Numbered from the stretch's first letter, positions 47,137 to 56,219 are shown. The stretch is 56,219 bases of DNA from Bacteriovoracaceae bacterium UBA4573 (GCA_002387735.1 DGKJ01000120.1:1-56219); one strand, 5' to 3'. Program-made: numbers and translations. The notes: generated by a model not told the origin, from the sequence alone.

Positions 47137-48972
47137 ATGGACCTCACGAAGTTACGTTACGTTTTACTCGCCTCGTTTGATCTGGGTCCGAAAAACAAGC
47201 TTCTGAGGTGCGCTCTCTATATTATTACCCATATTCGAAAAAAAGTTTGGATTTCTCAGTATAAATTAGACGACAATTTTTTTCCATTAGCTGAAAAAGT
47301 GACCCTAGACCCTAGGTACGAATCAGATGCCCTATGGGGCAAGATCCTCGAAAGCATTTTTAGGAAAATCAATTCTCACAAATTTCCCGCGTCTTCATCG
47401 GTTGGTGTTGATTGTCGGTCTTTGCCAAAGTTCGCCGTTCAACGAATAGATCGAGACTATAATCGTTCATTTAGATTTGCTCGCTTTTTTCGAAAAATAT
47501 TGGCTCCTGGTAATGCTTCATACAAAGTAGTGTTGATCGGACCAAGAGAACTCCGTGATGAATTTTCGAAATATGATGTACCGATTGATAATGTTCTTTC
47601 TGGTTTGTTTTACGCAATTCATAGGTTTGAGTCACATTTACATGCGCTGTTTGTTCAACTAAGAACGTCGTTTGTTGTCATTAGAGACTATTTTTCTGAT
47701 AAAAAAGGTTCAACTCCAAAGGGCGGCATCGGTACTGTGTGGATTGGATTAGCTCCTTTTGAAGTTTCCGGGGATCCGTCGAGGTTAGACGCAGTAGCAT
47801 TTATCGAAAGTCCCATCGCAAAAAAAATATCCCCTTTTAATTCTGAGCGCTGGCTAACAATTCATCGCGATTGGGAGCGACAGCCTGAAATGATTGCAGA
47901 AAAAAAAATTGTTCTCTCCGGGGCGGATCTATTTTCTGAGGAGTATTCTTTTTCTGATGTTTGCAATTGTCTTTGCGCGCTATCTCGTCTGGCAATTATG
48001 AGCGGAGTTTCGTTTTTTAAAAATGCATGGTGGGAACTCCCGCTATTGTGTGAGCTTCAATTCGTGCCGAGGGCCAGACACTTCTTTACGGAACAAAAAG
48101 TTGATGACCTCATTATACCAAACGCACTGGCCCAAAATACGCCTGTATGGACTCAAATAAGCCACAAAAAATTTAGAACATGGATGTTATTTTGTGCCCA
48201 TATGGGCGCCCCCGCAGCGTCTGAAGATCATCCTCCATACGATTTGAGTGGCTATGATCCATTCATGCGATACTGCGTCGCGGATCGCTACGTTGTTTGG
48301 GACAAAAAACATAAATCCTATCTAATGTCGTTGGGGTATTCGCAAGATGCGATTGTGGCTTTGGAGTTTCCACTTCTTTTTACCAGATATCCCAACGAGA
48401 TGTTTCAACCAAAGGCAATTCGAGAAGAGGAAAAAGTTTCGGAGTCTAGGCCAATTGAAATACTAGTGTTCGATATCAATCCATATCAGCCACGCTACAC
48501 TTTAGGATATCTGGGTATTGGCCGATTAAATAGTCGTGTCTCGAACGTCATGAAATTTATTGAGGAAATTATTTCGACTGGTGAAAGCCTATTTGGAGAA
48601 TCGGGTTACAAAGTGGTTCTCAAAATTAAGAGACCCTTTAAAAAATCTGCGCACGAACCGGACTACATAGAATTCGTGGAAGATTTAAAAAAACGCCCTC
48701 AAGTGAGGTTTGCAGATCCCTACGGAAATATTTTTGATCTTTTTCAGTCGGCTGATTGTTGTATCAGTTTTCCTTTTGGTTCGCCCGGGGTGGCCGCGAG
48801 CCTGATCGGAGTACCCTGTGTTTACTACGATACCACGGGTCGTCTTAGGGATTCGAGAGGCGCCACAAATGATGTGCCGCTGATTCGTTCCTTAGAGAGT
48901 TTGAGAGCGTGGATGGCTAGACTAAAGCATCGCTCCAACGTGAAAGCACCGAAGACTGAATTGGAGTATTGA
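47137..48972 (+). CDS. Uncharacterised polysaccharide-biosynthesis protein, PFTS-motif-like, GT-B-like C-terminus
   Basis: The C-terminus ADCCISFPFGSPG.AASLIGVP.VYYD resembles the 'PFTS motif' protein family (recognised from memory, not searched); LKIKR and VVWD elements are also present. Confidence 0.55.
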   Translation: MDLTKLRYVLLASFDLGPKNKLLRCALYIITHIRKKVWISQYKLDDNFFPLAEKVTLDPRYESDALWGKILESIFRKINSHKFPASSSVGVDCRSLPKFAVQRIDRDYNRSFRFARFFRKILAPGNASYKVVLIGPRELRDEFSKYDVPIDNVLSGLFYAIHRFESHLHALFVQLRTSFVVIRDYFSDKKGSTPKGGIGTVWIGLAPFEVSGDPSRLDAVAFIESPIAKKISPFNSERWLTIHRDWERQPEMIAEKKIVLSGADLFSEEYSFSDVCNCLCALSRLAIMSGVSFFKNAWWELPLLCELQFVPRARHFFTEQKVDDLIIPNALAQNTPVWTQISHKKFRTWMLFCAHMGAPAASEDHPPYDLSGYDPFMRYCVADRYVVWDKKHKSYLMSLGYSQDAIVALEFPLLFTRYPNEMFQPKAIREEEKVSESRPIEILVFDINPYQPRYTLGYLGIGRLNSRVSNVMKFIEEIISTGESLFGESGYKVVLKIKRPFKKSAHEPDYIEFVEDLKKRPQVRFADPYGNIFDLFQSADCCISFPFGSPGVAASLIGVPCVYYDTTGRLRDSRGATNDVPLIRSLESLRAWMARLKHRSNVKAPKTELEY

Positions 48973-48978
48973 TCATTA

Positions 48979-49779
48979 ATGCCTGAACTCGCAGAAGTTG
49001 CCACCTATGCGCGGGATTTAAATGCCGGGAACCGCGGAAATAAGTTAACCAAAGTGTTGTTTCCAAATCAGCGCGACTGGGGAAACGTCATTGTTCCTAA
49101 AGTGGTACAGAATGAGCTGCGGGGAATGGTTAAAAATAAGATACAATTTTCTTCCTATGGAAAAGCGCTTGTTTTGAATTTAGAAAAAACAAGATCACAC
49201 CAACTAGAGATTCGTCTGGGAATGACCGGGCGATTTCAGGTGGACGCTCCGGCCCAAAATTGGCGGCGACATTGTTTTTTAGTTTTGGAGTTTTCGAATT
49301 GCACCATTTATTACCTCGATCCGAGGAGATTCGGCCGAATGAGGTTGCCAGCTAAACCAGCGGGAAGTGCGATCGGTGGTTACGCCATCGAAACAGGGTT
49401 TTGGCGGTCCGAGTGCCCCGCAACACCTGCGGGTTATCTGCGGCAGCCCAGAGTTTCTTGGTTGCTTGGTACCGGTGCAATTACTGGAGTCGGCAATTAT
49501 ATGGCCAATGAGGCTTTAGGGCGCCTGAATCTTTCGCCGTTTGCACCATGTAAACACCAAAGAGAGGCTGAGAGTCTGCTTGTAGAGTGTGGCCGAGTCG
49601 CCGAACAGAGCTTTTTGAATGGAGGCAATTCGTTTAGTCCAGGAGGGGCCGGTTTCGCGAACTTGGGGGGCGAGCGCGGTAATTTTTCCGAATTTTGTTT
49701 ATTTTATAAGAATCCGAAAGTGCCAAGAATTAGTTTTCGAGGCCGTCCAGTCTATTCCCATTTTAGTGTGAATCTGTAG
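48979..49779 (+). CDS. Fpg/Nei family DNA glycosylase/AP lyase lacking the canonical zinc finger
   Basis: N-terminal PELAEV, GK.L, LGMTG, Y.DPRRFG, H2TH GVGNYMANEAL. No CxxC pairs at the C-terminus. Confidence 0.8.
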   Translation: MPELAEVATYARDLNAGNRGNKLTKVLFPNQRDWGNVIVPKVVQNELRGMVKNKIQFSSYGKALVLNLEKTRSHQLEIRLGMTGRFQVDAPAQNWRRHCFLVLEFSNCTIYYLDPRRFGRMRLPAKPAGSAIGGYAIETGFWRSECPATPAGYLRQPRVSWLLGTGAITGVGNYMANEALGRLNLSPFAPCKHQREAESLLVECGRVAEQSFLNGGNSFSPGGAGFANLGGERGNFSEFCLFYKNPKVPRISFRGRPVYSHFSVNL

Positions 49780-50383
49780 TTTTTTGAGACTTCATAACGA
49801 AAAGTGTAGTCGGAATAAATAATAAGTCATCTCGCTCATGTGCTTCAACGGTTAGGCCTGCATCTCTAGCTAATTGCTCGTATTGATTACGGTACCTCAC
49901 ATTTTTGCCTCTATCTAATTTTGTAAAAAACTTTGAGGCAAACGATTGCTGGGGAGAAAAGATTGGATCGATAGTCATAATCGTTCCCCCAGGATTAAGA
50001 GCATTTCCCGAAAGCGAGAGTATTTTGTGAGCAGTTGCGTCATCTACATGATGAAGCACGCCGTTGAGCATTATCAGATCAAAGCGTGGCAATGTTTCTA
50101 GGTCGCTAGGAGTGAATTCTTTTGCAAAGAATTTGGCGGAAGTGCCAAATTTCTTTTTAGCATAATCTATGTAACGCGCCGAAGGATCAAAACCGAAGTA
50201 GTTCGAGTTAGGAAAGTATTGGCAAACATACCCGGGCCCACACCCAATATCCAAAATATTAGACCCAGGTGAAACTTCACAATAATCCTGAACACATAGT
50301 TTTCGAGCGCGCATTCCTCCCAGAACGTTTTGTATTAATAAATAAGCGAAGGGCTGCTCGAGCACATTGGTAATGATCTTCAT
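49763..50383 (-). CDS. Class I SAM-dependent methyltransferase
   Basis: ILDIGCGPG, YFGFDPS, FDLIMLNGVLHH, LNPGG, LDRG.NVR. Likely start MKIITN at 50383 (track start 50428). Confidence 0.88.
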   Translation of the reverse strand: MKIITNVLEQPFAYLLIQNVLGGMRARKLCVQDYCEVSPGSNILDIGCGPGYVCQYFPNSNYFGFDPSARYIDYAKKKFGTSAKFFAKEFTPSDLETLPRFDLIMLNGVLHHVDDATAHKILSLSGNALNPGGTIMTIDPIFSPQQSFASKFFTKLDRGKNVRYRNQYEQLARDAGLTVEAHERDDLLFIPTTLFVMKSQKTTDSH

Positions 50384-50517
50384 AGGTAAGAGACTCTTAT
50401 GAGTATAAGATCGAGACATGGGTGTCAAATTCGAAGAGTGGCGCCGTGGGTGCGTAGGTCCAGATCAGACCGATGCGATTGACACTCATAATGTGTTCTT
50501 ATATTGATCAAAATACT

Positions 50518-51828
50518 ATGAAAAATAAAGTATCTCCCGGCCTGCTTGCAATTGCATTGGGCATTGTTTTTGCGCGTACTCTTGTTGAGCTTTATTCTTT
50601 CATCGTCACGAGTGACATCTTTATGGATGAACTCAATAGTATCCAGGCAGCCCTACGAATGTTTACGCACGGGCATTATGTTTGGGACGCTTCTAAACTT
50701 CGGGAAAGCTTTTTTGAACCAACCTTGAGCATAGGATTGGCAGCCAGTTGGTTTTCAGGATTAAATTGGGGCATTTTTGGAAATTTAGTTGCAACAAGGC
50801 TTGGTTTTTTTGTTTTTTGTTTTGCCTTATTTTGCCTCACTATGAGGCTGGTACCCACGCAAATTACGGAGCGAAAACTTGGTCCGTTGAGCATGATTCT
50901 TATTTGGGTCTTATTCTTTAGATTTGTTCCCTATAGTCCTGCTGCCGTTTCCCAGAGTCTTGGTGAATTTCCGGGGGCCATGCTCATTCTCCTTGGAGTG
51001 ATTTTTTTGAATAACGGGAATAAAAAATGGCGCGTTTTAGGCCCCATTTTTCTCGGACTTTCCGTTTGGCATGCAAAATTAATTTTTCTTCCTTACGCTC
51101 TACTAGCTTTGTTCTCGTTTCAAAAAGAAAATCCACTTTCATCGCGGACTGCCGCTCGAAACCTTATCAAAGAGTGTGGCTTATTTTTGACGCCGTTACT
51201 TGCTTGGTTGTTGTTGATCGGCCTAGTAAATACTCCTACTCAGGTCGGACAGTGGCTCTTGGGCAAATTTGAGTTTATAAATGTTGTACTATCTGGGTAC
51301 GAATATAGAGCTGTGGCAGTATCAGTAAATATTTTCGATCGTCTCGGTTCCCCGGAATTTGAGTGGTTTCACTATGGGCTTAGGTGGAAACTCGAGATAC
51401 TATTTTTGATTTTTGTTCCTGCATTCCTTTGTGCTGGATTTGTTCTTAAACAGTGGAGAAAAAATCGTAATCTGCCAGTGTATAGATTTGCGTTTCCTGT
51501 TGGATTCGCCCTGCTTCAATGTATCTTCGCAGTTTGGTACTTTGGTTTTCATTTTAAAATGTGGGTAAGGCACATTCAGCCTACGATGCTTATGGGCTTC
51601 TTTTTATTGGTGGCAAGCGCGTATTACTATCTAACGACCAGACGTATCAAGCCTTACAAGGACAGGGTCGCGATGGCGATAGTAATGGCATTGTTCATCA
51701 TACCATTGATCAAACGGGGTACCGATTACTTTAATGCTCCGGTTCAAGTTAATGCAAAGTTGGCGGGCTGTAGAAGCGCGGAGCCTTGGAAGTTCGGCCC
51801 AATGGATCTAGATGTTTGTATGAAGTAG
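50518..51828 (+). CDS. Polytopic membrane protein, GT-C (polyprenyl-phosphate-sugar-dependent) glycosyltransferase-like
   Basis: About 11 hydrophobic helices; acidic DE motif in the first loop after TM1 (IFMDEL), GEFP and KL.FLP elements. Confidence 0.55.
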   Translation: MKNKVSPGLLAIALGIVFARTLVELYSFIVTSDIFMDELNSIQAALRMFTHGHYVWDASKLRESFFEPTLSIGLAASWFSGLNWGIFGNLVATRLGFFVFCFALFCLTMRLVPTQITERKLGPLSMILIWVLFFRFVPYSPAAVSQSLGEFPGAMLILLGVIFLNNGNKKWRVLGPIFLGLSVWHAKLIFLPYALLALFSFQKENPLSSRTAARNLIKECGLFLTPLLAWLLLIGLVNTPTQVGQWLLGKFEFINVVLSGYEYRAVAVSVNIFDRLGSPEFEWFHYGLRWKLEILFLIFVPAFLCAGFVLKQWRKNRNLPVYRFAFPVGFALLQCIFAVWYFGFHFKMWVRHIQPTMLMGFFLLVASAYYYLTTRRIKPYKDRVAMAIVMALFIIPLIKRGTDYFNAPVQVNAKLAGCRSAEPWKFGPMDLDVCMK

Positions 51829-51841
51829 GCTGCGCAAAACT

Positions 51842-52576
51842 TTAACGTTTTCGAGCGGTAAGCATGAGCGTGGTCCCGATGGGCATCCACTTACTGGCCA
51901 ACATGGCGAAGTAGCCATACCAATAAAGTGTTTCATTGATCCAGCCCGGTAAAATAGGAACTTCTGCTTCCTGCAAAGGGGATCCCTGTGAAGTATCAAG
52001 GGACCTCATTTTCCATTTTCTGTATAGTCCCATGGGAAATAGTTCCCAAAACAAATATCGTAAATCAGTAAGTTCGAATTCTAATGAAAGATCTCGAAAA
52101 AGTTTTTTAAGATCTGATCTTTCATATCTTCTATAGTGACCGACGCGCAAATCCCAGCGGGACCAGAGAAGTTTCATCGAGGGGACTGTCATCGCAAGCA
52201 CAGCTCCGGATCGCATTTTACTAGCAACTTGCTTCAAAAAATCAGCGTCATTTTCAATATGTTCCAAGACGTCAAGAGCGATGACCGCATCCATATTCTT
52301 AAAGTTAGGAGCTGTGGTCAAATTGTGATCTTTCCCAAATTCTTTTTCGAGGTAGGGGGTCAAGAGTGAGGACGGTTCGACAAAAAAATAATCGACGTCT
52401 CGAATTTCAGTTTTCACGAAGTCTGCGAAAATTCCCGATCCTGCACCAAGGTCCACCACTGATTTAACATTTTCCTTTACGAGAGCGGGGCGGATCGCAT
52501 TCCAACGCAGGCGATGCCAAAAGAAATTTCTACTGGTATGTCGTTGCTTCAGAAGTTGATTTTCTAAGTTTTCCAT
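51842..52576 (-). CDS. Class I SAM-dependent methyltransferase
   Basis: FFWHRLR, VVDLGAGSG, ALDVLEHIEND, TVPS...LWS..D...GH.RRY. Confidence 0.88.
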   Translation of the reverse strand: MENLENQLLKQRHTSRNFFWHRLRWNAIRPALVKENVKSVVDLGAGSGIFADFVKTEIRDVDYFFVEPSSLLTPYLEKEFGKDHNLTTAPNFKNMDAVIALDVLEHIENDADFLKQVASKMRSGAVLAMTVPSMKLLWSRWDLRVGHYRRYERSDLKKLFRDLSLEFELTDLRYLFWELFPMGLYRKWKMRSLDTSQGSPLQEAEVPILPGWINETLYWYGYFAMLASKWMPIGTTLMLTARKR

Positions 52577-52580
52577 TACT

Positions 52581-53306
52581 TTAATCTTTGTTGGCTAATC
52601 GGTGCTTCTTAAAAGCAAAATGAAGATTTTTGGTAAACTCCAAAATGGCGGACCATTTTATGAAAGATGATCGGCCTTCTTGTGCGTAAAATAAAATAGG
52701 TATTTCAGCTACTTTAAGCTTCAGCTCTTTCGCACGAATCATGATTTCGGCGTCAATAAACCAATCTGCAGATTTTAAATCCAATTGTTCGTAAGCGGAT
52801 CTTTTAATAATTTTTGGCTTTGAGTTTACATCTTTGAAGTGTTTGCCGAATAAAATTCGAAAAATTAGATTATATCCGCGCGAAATTACAGTGCGGTAAA
52901 ATCCATCATAACGAAACACACGAAATGTTTTTACAAGGTCTACGTCGTCCATCAACATGCGCGCAAAGCAGGCAAAAATGGACTCCACTGGAAATTGTCC
53001 ATCACCGTCGATCATGGCGATGTACTGACCCCTCGTAGAGTGGAGACCCTTGCGTAGATCCCACCCCATCATGCCTTGTTTTTCTTCCGAGACGCAGCGA
53101 ATGTGCGGGTATTCATCGGAAAGCTTTTTTACGATTGATGGAGTTTTATCTGTCGAGTTCGGAAGATAGTTAGCGACGAGAACAATCTCCCAGTTGAAAT
53201 TGTACAATGACATGATTGAATGAACGCGTTTCACGAAGGGTAGGATTGATTCCTCAGCGCGATAGCATAAGATCACAAGCGAAAAAAATACATCATCGTT
53301 TTTCAT
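52581..53306 (-). CDS. GT2, polyprenol-phosphate glycosyltransferase (DPM1/GtrB-like, soluble)
   Basis: SLVILCY..E, DKT, GWDLRKG, IDGDGQF, R...S..YN, DVNS.PK, WFIDAE, E.PI.F..R/GRSS. Confidence 0.85.
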   Translation of the reverse strand: MKNDDVFFSLVILCYRAEESILPFVKRVHSIMSLYNFNWEIVLVANYLPNSTDKTPSIVKKLSDEYPHIRCVSEEKQGMMGWDLRKGLHSTRGQYIAMIDGDGQFPVESIFACFARMLMDDVDLVKTFRVFRYDGFYRTVISRGYNLIFRILFGKHFKDVNSKPKIIKRSAYEQLDLKSADWFIDAEIMIRAKELKLKVAEIPILFYAQEGRSSFIKWSAILEFTKNLHFAFKKHRLANKD

Positions 53307-53319
53307 ATGATTGGTGAGA

Positions 53320-53349
53320 AATGTAGTCAGGTGCTTTGGGGTATGTCAA
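53320..53349 (-). promoter_or_regulatory. Possible sigma-70 promoter for the 53306 GT2 operon
   Basis: The minus strand reads TTGACA (53349-53344) -N18- TACATT (53325-53320), ending 14 nt before the ATG. Confidence 0.4.
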
Positions 53350-53376
53350 CTCCCGGGCTGGCCTTGGCGTGTCAAA

Positions 53377-53453
53377 TGGTCGGGCTGACTGGATTTGAAC
53401 CAGCGACCACTTCCACCCCAAGGAAGTGCGCTACCAGGCTGCGCTACAGCCCG
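53377..53453 (-). tRNA. tRNA-Pro(GGG)
   Basis: The reverse complement CGGGCTGTAGCGCAGCCTGGTAGCGCACTTCCTTGGGGTGGAAGTGGTCGCTGGTTCAAATCCAGTCAGCCCGACCA folds as a cloverleaf; anticodon stem CTTCC/GGAAG, loop TTGGGGT, encoded CCA. Confidence 0.97.
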
Positions 53454-53527
53454 ACCTATAGTGAGCAATGGGGTACAGACCATATAGCGTTTACCGGGTT
53501 GGCGTAATTTGTGTCAAGACGTAAGCA

Positions 53528-54460
53528 TTAGGGCGCTTTATTCATTCTCGAAAGCGCTATTTCCATCAGTCTGCGATTTCCGATCTGGGCCGCAAAGAGA
53601 ATAGCGACTAAAAAACATTGAAAACCAGTGATCATGAGTAATGTTGCCAGAATCAAAGACTGAACTCGGCCACCTTCGCCTAAGAAGAAATGGATGTGGA
53701 GGAAGCGCAATCCAAGTGCAAATCCGGGTAAAAACAGGCATGTCCCTGAAATCGCAAAAACTTTGTCGCCTTTGTAAAACAGATAGATGCGAAATATATC
53801 GAAGAACGACCGAGTGATGTACTCTCGCATTGAACGAAATAGTCTGGATTCCCTCAGTTTTTCGTTTACGCGCACATCCACTTGGTCCACTACGAAGTTT
53901 TTATTGCCCATTTGAATGAGTGTTTCGAGGGTGTGGGAAAATCGAGTAATTAAATGAATCGAAGCTGCGCAATCGCGGGTATACGCTCTAAAGCCAGAGG
54001 TGGCGTCGCGAACGTCGGTGCCCGAAAGTACCCGAACGACCCAGCTTCCCAGTCTCTGAAGTCGTTTTTTTAACCAACTAAAATGGGAAATTTCGCCAAT
54101 GGGCCGTATACCTACCACCATGTCGGCGTGCCCTTTAATTATGGGTTCCACCAACTTGGCGATATCTGCGCCGTTGTATTGGTTGTCGGCGTCAGTATTC
54201 ACCACAATGTCGGCGCCTTCGTCCAAAGCTTTCCGCAGGCCGGTCTGAAACGCGGCGGCCAGTCCCCTATTAATGGAGTGCCGTACGATGTGTCTTACCC
54301 CCAATTTTTTCGCGGTCTCCGAGGTGTTATCGGTACTACCATCGTCAATAACTAGGGTTTCGATTTGATCAATCCCGGGAATCGACTTCGGAAGGTCACG
54401 CAAAGTTACGTCCAGCGTTTTGGCTTCATTGAGGCAGGGAATTTGAATAATAAGCTTCAT
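53528..54460 (-). CDS. GT2 glycosyltransferase with C-terminal TM helices (polyprenol-phosphate type)
   Basis: IQIPCLNE, VIDDGSTD.T, NTDADNQY, DATSGFRA, ETLIQ, two C-terminal hydrophobic helices. Start 54460 or 54469. Confidence 0.9.
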   Translation of the reverse strand: MKLIIQIPCLNEAKTLDVTLRDLPKSIPGIDQIETLVIDDGSTDNTSETAKKLGVRHIVRHSINRGLAAAFQTGLRKALDEGADIVVNTDADNQYNGADIAKLVEPIIKGHADMVVGIRPIGEISHFSWLKKRLQRLGSWVVRVLSGTDVRDATSGFRAYTRDCAASIHLITRFSHTLETLIQMGNKNFVVDQVDVRVNEKLRESRLFRSMREYITRSFFDIFRIYLFYKGDKVFAISGTCLFLPGFALGLRFLHIHFFLGEGGRVQSLILATLLMITGFQCFLVAILFAAQIGNRRLMEIALSRMNKAP

Positions 54461-54566
54461 GATTCCCATGGATTCTAACTTAAAAATCTAAGCTTTGACT
54501 AGGGTTTCCTGGCCCGCTGAATTTCCAGTATTGTCTTTGAGTACCGACCGGAGCACACTGGCGGGC

Positions 54567-56219
54567 ATGTGTGGGATCGCTGCTATTATTAGCCCAAATC
54601 CTAAACCACTCTCTTTTGATATCTTGCAGATGGCTAACGCAATTCGTCATCGGGGCCCCGACGGTGAAGGTTTCGCGTTGATTTCGGCGGGCCGGGATCC
54701 GCGTTTTTTTAGCGGTGCCGACACGGTCCATGAGAGCTGGAGTTTCGAAATACCCTATCGTCCAACAGCTGAAATTTCTAAGGCGGGCGATCTTTTATCT
54801 CATGTAGCTTTCGGGCACCGGCGCCTGAGTATTTTGGATCTTTCCCAAACTGGCCATCAGCCTATGTTTCGTCCCGAACCAGGCCTTGTGATTACCTACA
54901 ACGGTGAAATTTACAATTACCTTGAGTTGCGTGCAGAACTCGAAAAGCGTGGACATCGCTTTTCTACCGGCACCGACACCGAAGTGCTTCTCTGTGCCTA
55001 CGAGGAATGGGGGCCTGATTGCCTTCATCGTTTCAACGGAATGTTTGCCTTTGTGCTCTACGACCTTAAACGCAATCAAGTATTTGCCGCACGGGACCGG
55101 TTTGGCGTGAAACCGCTTTATTTCTGGCGCTCACCGGATGGTGTTGTTGCGTTTGCATCCGAAATTAAGCAGTTTACGGTGTTGCCCGGCTGGTCAGCTA
55201 AACTGCAACACCAGAGAGCATACGAGTATTTAAATTTTGGGCTTACGGATCATACCGAAGAAACCCTTTTTTCCGGCGTACGGCAAGTCAGAGGGGGGGA
55301 AATGATCACTCTCTCTATGGCAGACGCTTGTGGTGAAATCCGACCTGTCCGGTGGTACGAGTTGAAGCCTACCGCTGTTAGATTTGATTACGCTGAAGCG
55401 GTAGATTACTTCAGGGAATTATTTTTCGATGCCGTTCGTTTACGCCTTCGCTCCGATGTTCCTGTGGGTACAGCGCTTTCCGGAGGTCTCGATTCATCTT
55501 CGATTGTCTGTGCGGTTCATCATCTTTTAAATCATTCATCGAAAAAAGATTTCCAGAATACCTTTTCGGCGTGTTCTAAAATAAAGCGCTTTGACGAGAG
55601 TCGGTTTATAAATTCGGTGGTTCAGAAAACCAACGTTAAACCGCACTACACTCAACCGTCGCTTAGTGAATTATTTTTAGAGCTTGAAAAAATCATATGG
55701 CATCACGACGAACCGTTTGCATCGACGAGTGTCTTTGCGGAATGGAAAGTCTTTGAACTGGTAGCGCAAACCGACGTGAAAGTAACCTTGGACGGACACG
55801 GCGCTGACGAAATGCTTGCGGGGTATCACGGATACTTTATTCCTTTTTATATGAATCTTTTACTTCGGGGCCAATTTTTCACGTTGGCGCGAGAGCTTCA
55901 AGCAGCGAGGCGTAATCACGGTCGAGCCAACCATCATTTGGCTCAGGCATTGTTTCGGTTATTGGTTCCGGCGCCAGCGCGGAGTTTTGTAAAAAAACTG
56001 GTCAGTCATGGAGTGTCTCACACTGATTGGCTAAACGGCAACGTCTTGAAATCAAATGCAACTAACCCGTTCGAAACCTACGGGGGCATGGCGCGTTCGA
56101 TTCGTGAGTTTTCGTACGACCAAATGCTTCATTCTAGTCTTCCGAAACAATTAAAGTGGGCGGACCGTGATTCTATGGCCCACTCTATTGAAAGTGCGGA
56201 GCCTTTCCTGGATTACCGG
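54567..56219 (+). CDS. asnB: Asparagine-synthase-like (AsnB/WbpS) glutamine amidotransferase; runs off the right end and is absent from the ORF track
   Basis: My translation from ATG 54567: MCGI, HRGPDGEG, FGHRRLSILDLS..GHQPM, YNGEIYNY, TDTEV, FNGMFAF, ARDRFGVKPLY, LSGGLDSS, LDGHGADE.LAGY, DRDSMAHSIE. Confidence 0.93.
   Translation, partial: MCGIAAIISPNPKPLSFDILQMANAIRHRGPDGEGFALISAGRDPRFFSGADTVHESWSFEIPYRPTAEISKAGDLLSHVAFGHRRLSILDLSQTGHQPMFRPEPGLVITYNGEIYNYLELRAELEKRGHRFSTGTDTEVLLCAYEEWGPDCLHRFNGMFAFVLYDLKRNQVFAARDRFGVKPLYFWRSPDGVVAFASEIKQFTVLPGWSAKLQHQRAYEYLNFGLTDHTEETLFSGVRQVRGGEMITLSMADACGEIRPVRWYELKPTAVRFDYAEAVDYFRELFFDAVRLRLRSDVPVGTALSGGLDSSSIVCAVHHLLNHSSKKDFQNTFSACSKIKRFDESRFINSVVQKTNVKPHYTQPSLSELFLELEKIIWHHDEPFASTSVFAEWKVFELVAQTDVKVTLDGHGADEMLAGYHGYFIPFYMNLLLRGQFFTLARELQAARRNHGRANHHLAQALFRLLVPAPARSFVKKLVSHGVSHTDWLNGNVLKSNATNPFETYGGMARSIREFSYDQMLHSSLPKQLKWADRDSMAHSIESAEPFLDYR

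Noticed and set aside
53377-53453. tRNA-Pro as attachment site of an integrated element
   Set aside because: I saw no duplicated tRNA 3' end, integrase or phage gene in the window. Only the compositional shift is reported.
53307-53507. 66-aa ORF (..VGLTGFEPATTSTPRKCATRLRYSP..)
   Set aside because: It is the antisense reading of the tRNA gene, a classic spurious ORF.

Overview
A 56 kb bacterial fragment, open at both ends, from a Gram-negative organism (lpxC is present). A Bdellovibrionota/deltaproteobacterial-type host is my guess from gene style and sigma-54 sites, not something I can show. The left end holds the C-terminal part of a YghO/bCerS-like GNAT gene and ruvCAB. From 3.2 kb to the right end there is one ~53 kb surface-glycan locus. 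It has a higher-GC arm (lpxC, WecG/TagA GT, O-antigen ligase/polymerase-like protein, GT4, gmd, fcl, WcaJ-like priming transferase, gmhA, GT2, pirin). A visibly AT-richer core (~13.4-53.3 kb) follows, carrying a complete but scrambled legionaminic-acid-type pathway with tailoring enzymes. The locus ends with tRNA-Pro(GGG), a GT2 and a truncated asnB-type amidotransferase that the ORF track missed. The best candidate for an undescribed system is a set of repurposed shikimate-pathway paralogs inside the glycan locus. (i) A DAH7P-synthase-like enzyme has the metal-binding Cys changed to Asn and the aldose-phosphate-binding Arg changed to Leu. (ii) It is translationally coupled to a GT2 fused to a degenerate CMP-ulosonate-synthetase domain. 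(iii) A sugar-nucleotide-dehydrogenase/shikimate-dehydrogenase fusion and a second intact CMP-ulosonate synthetase lie nearby. (iv) A B12 radical SAM enzyme and three paralogous unannotated His-terminated repeat-domain proteins complete the set. Together these suggest a second, non-canonical ulosonic-acid-like sugar. Other points: two sigma-54 promoters (before lpxC and before an orphan 105-aa gene), 18 strand switches with abutting convergent stops, and an Fpg/Nei glycosylase without a zinc finger. No CRISPR array, transposase or integrase was seen. All family calls come from motif recognition, not database searches.
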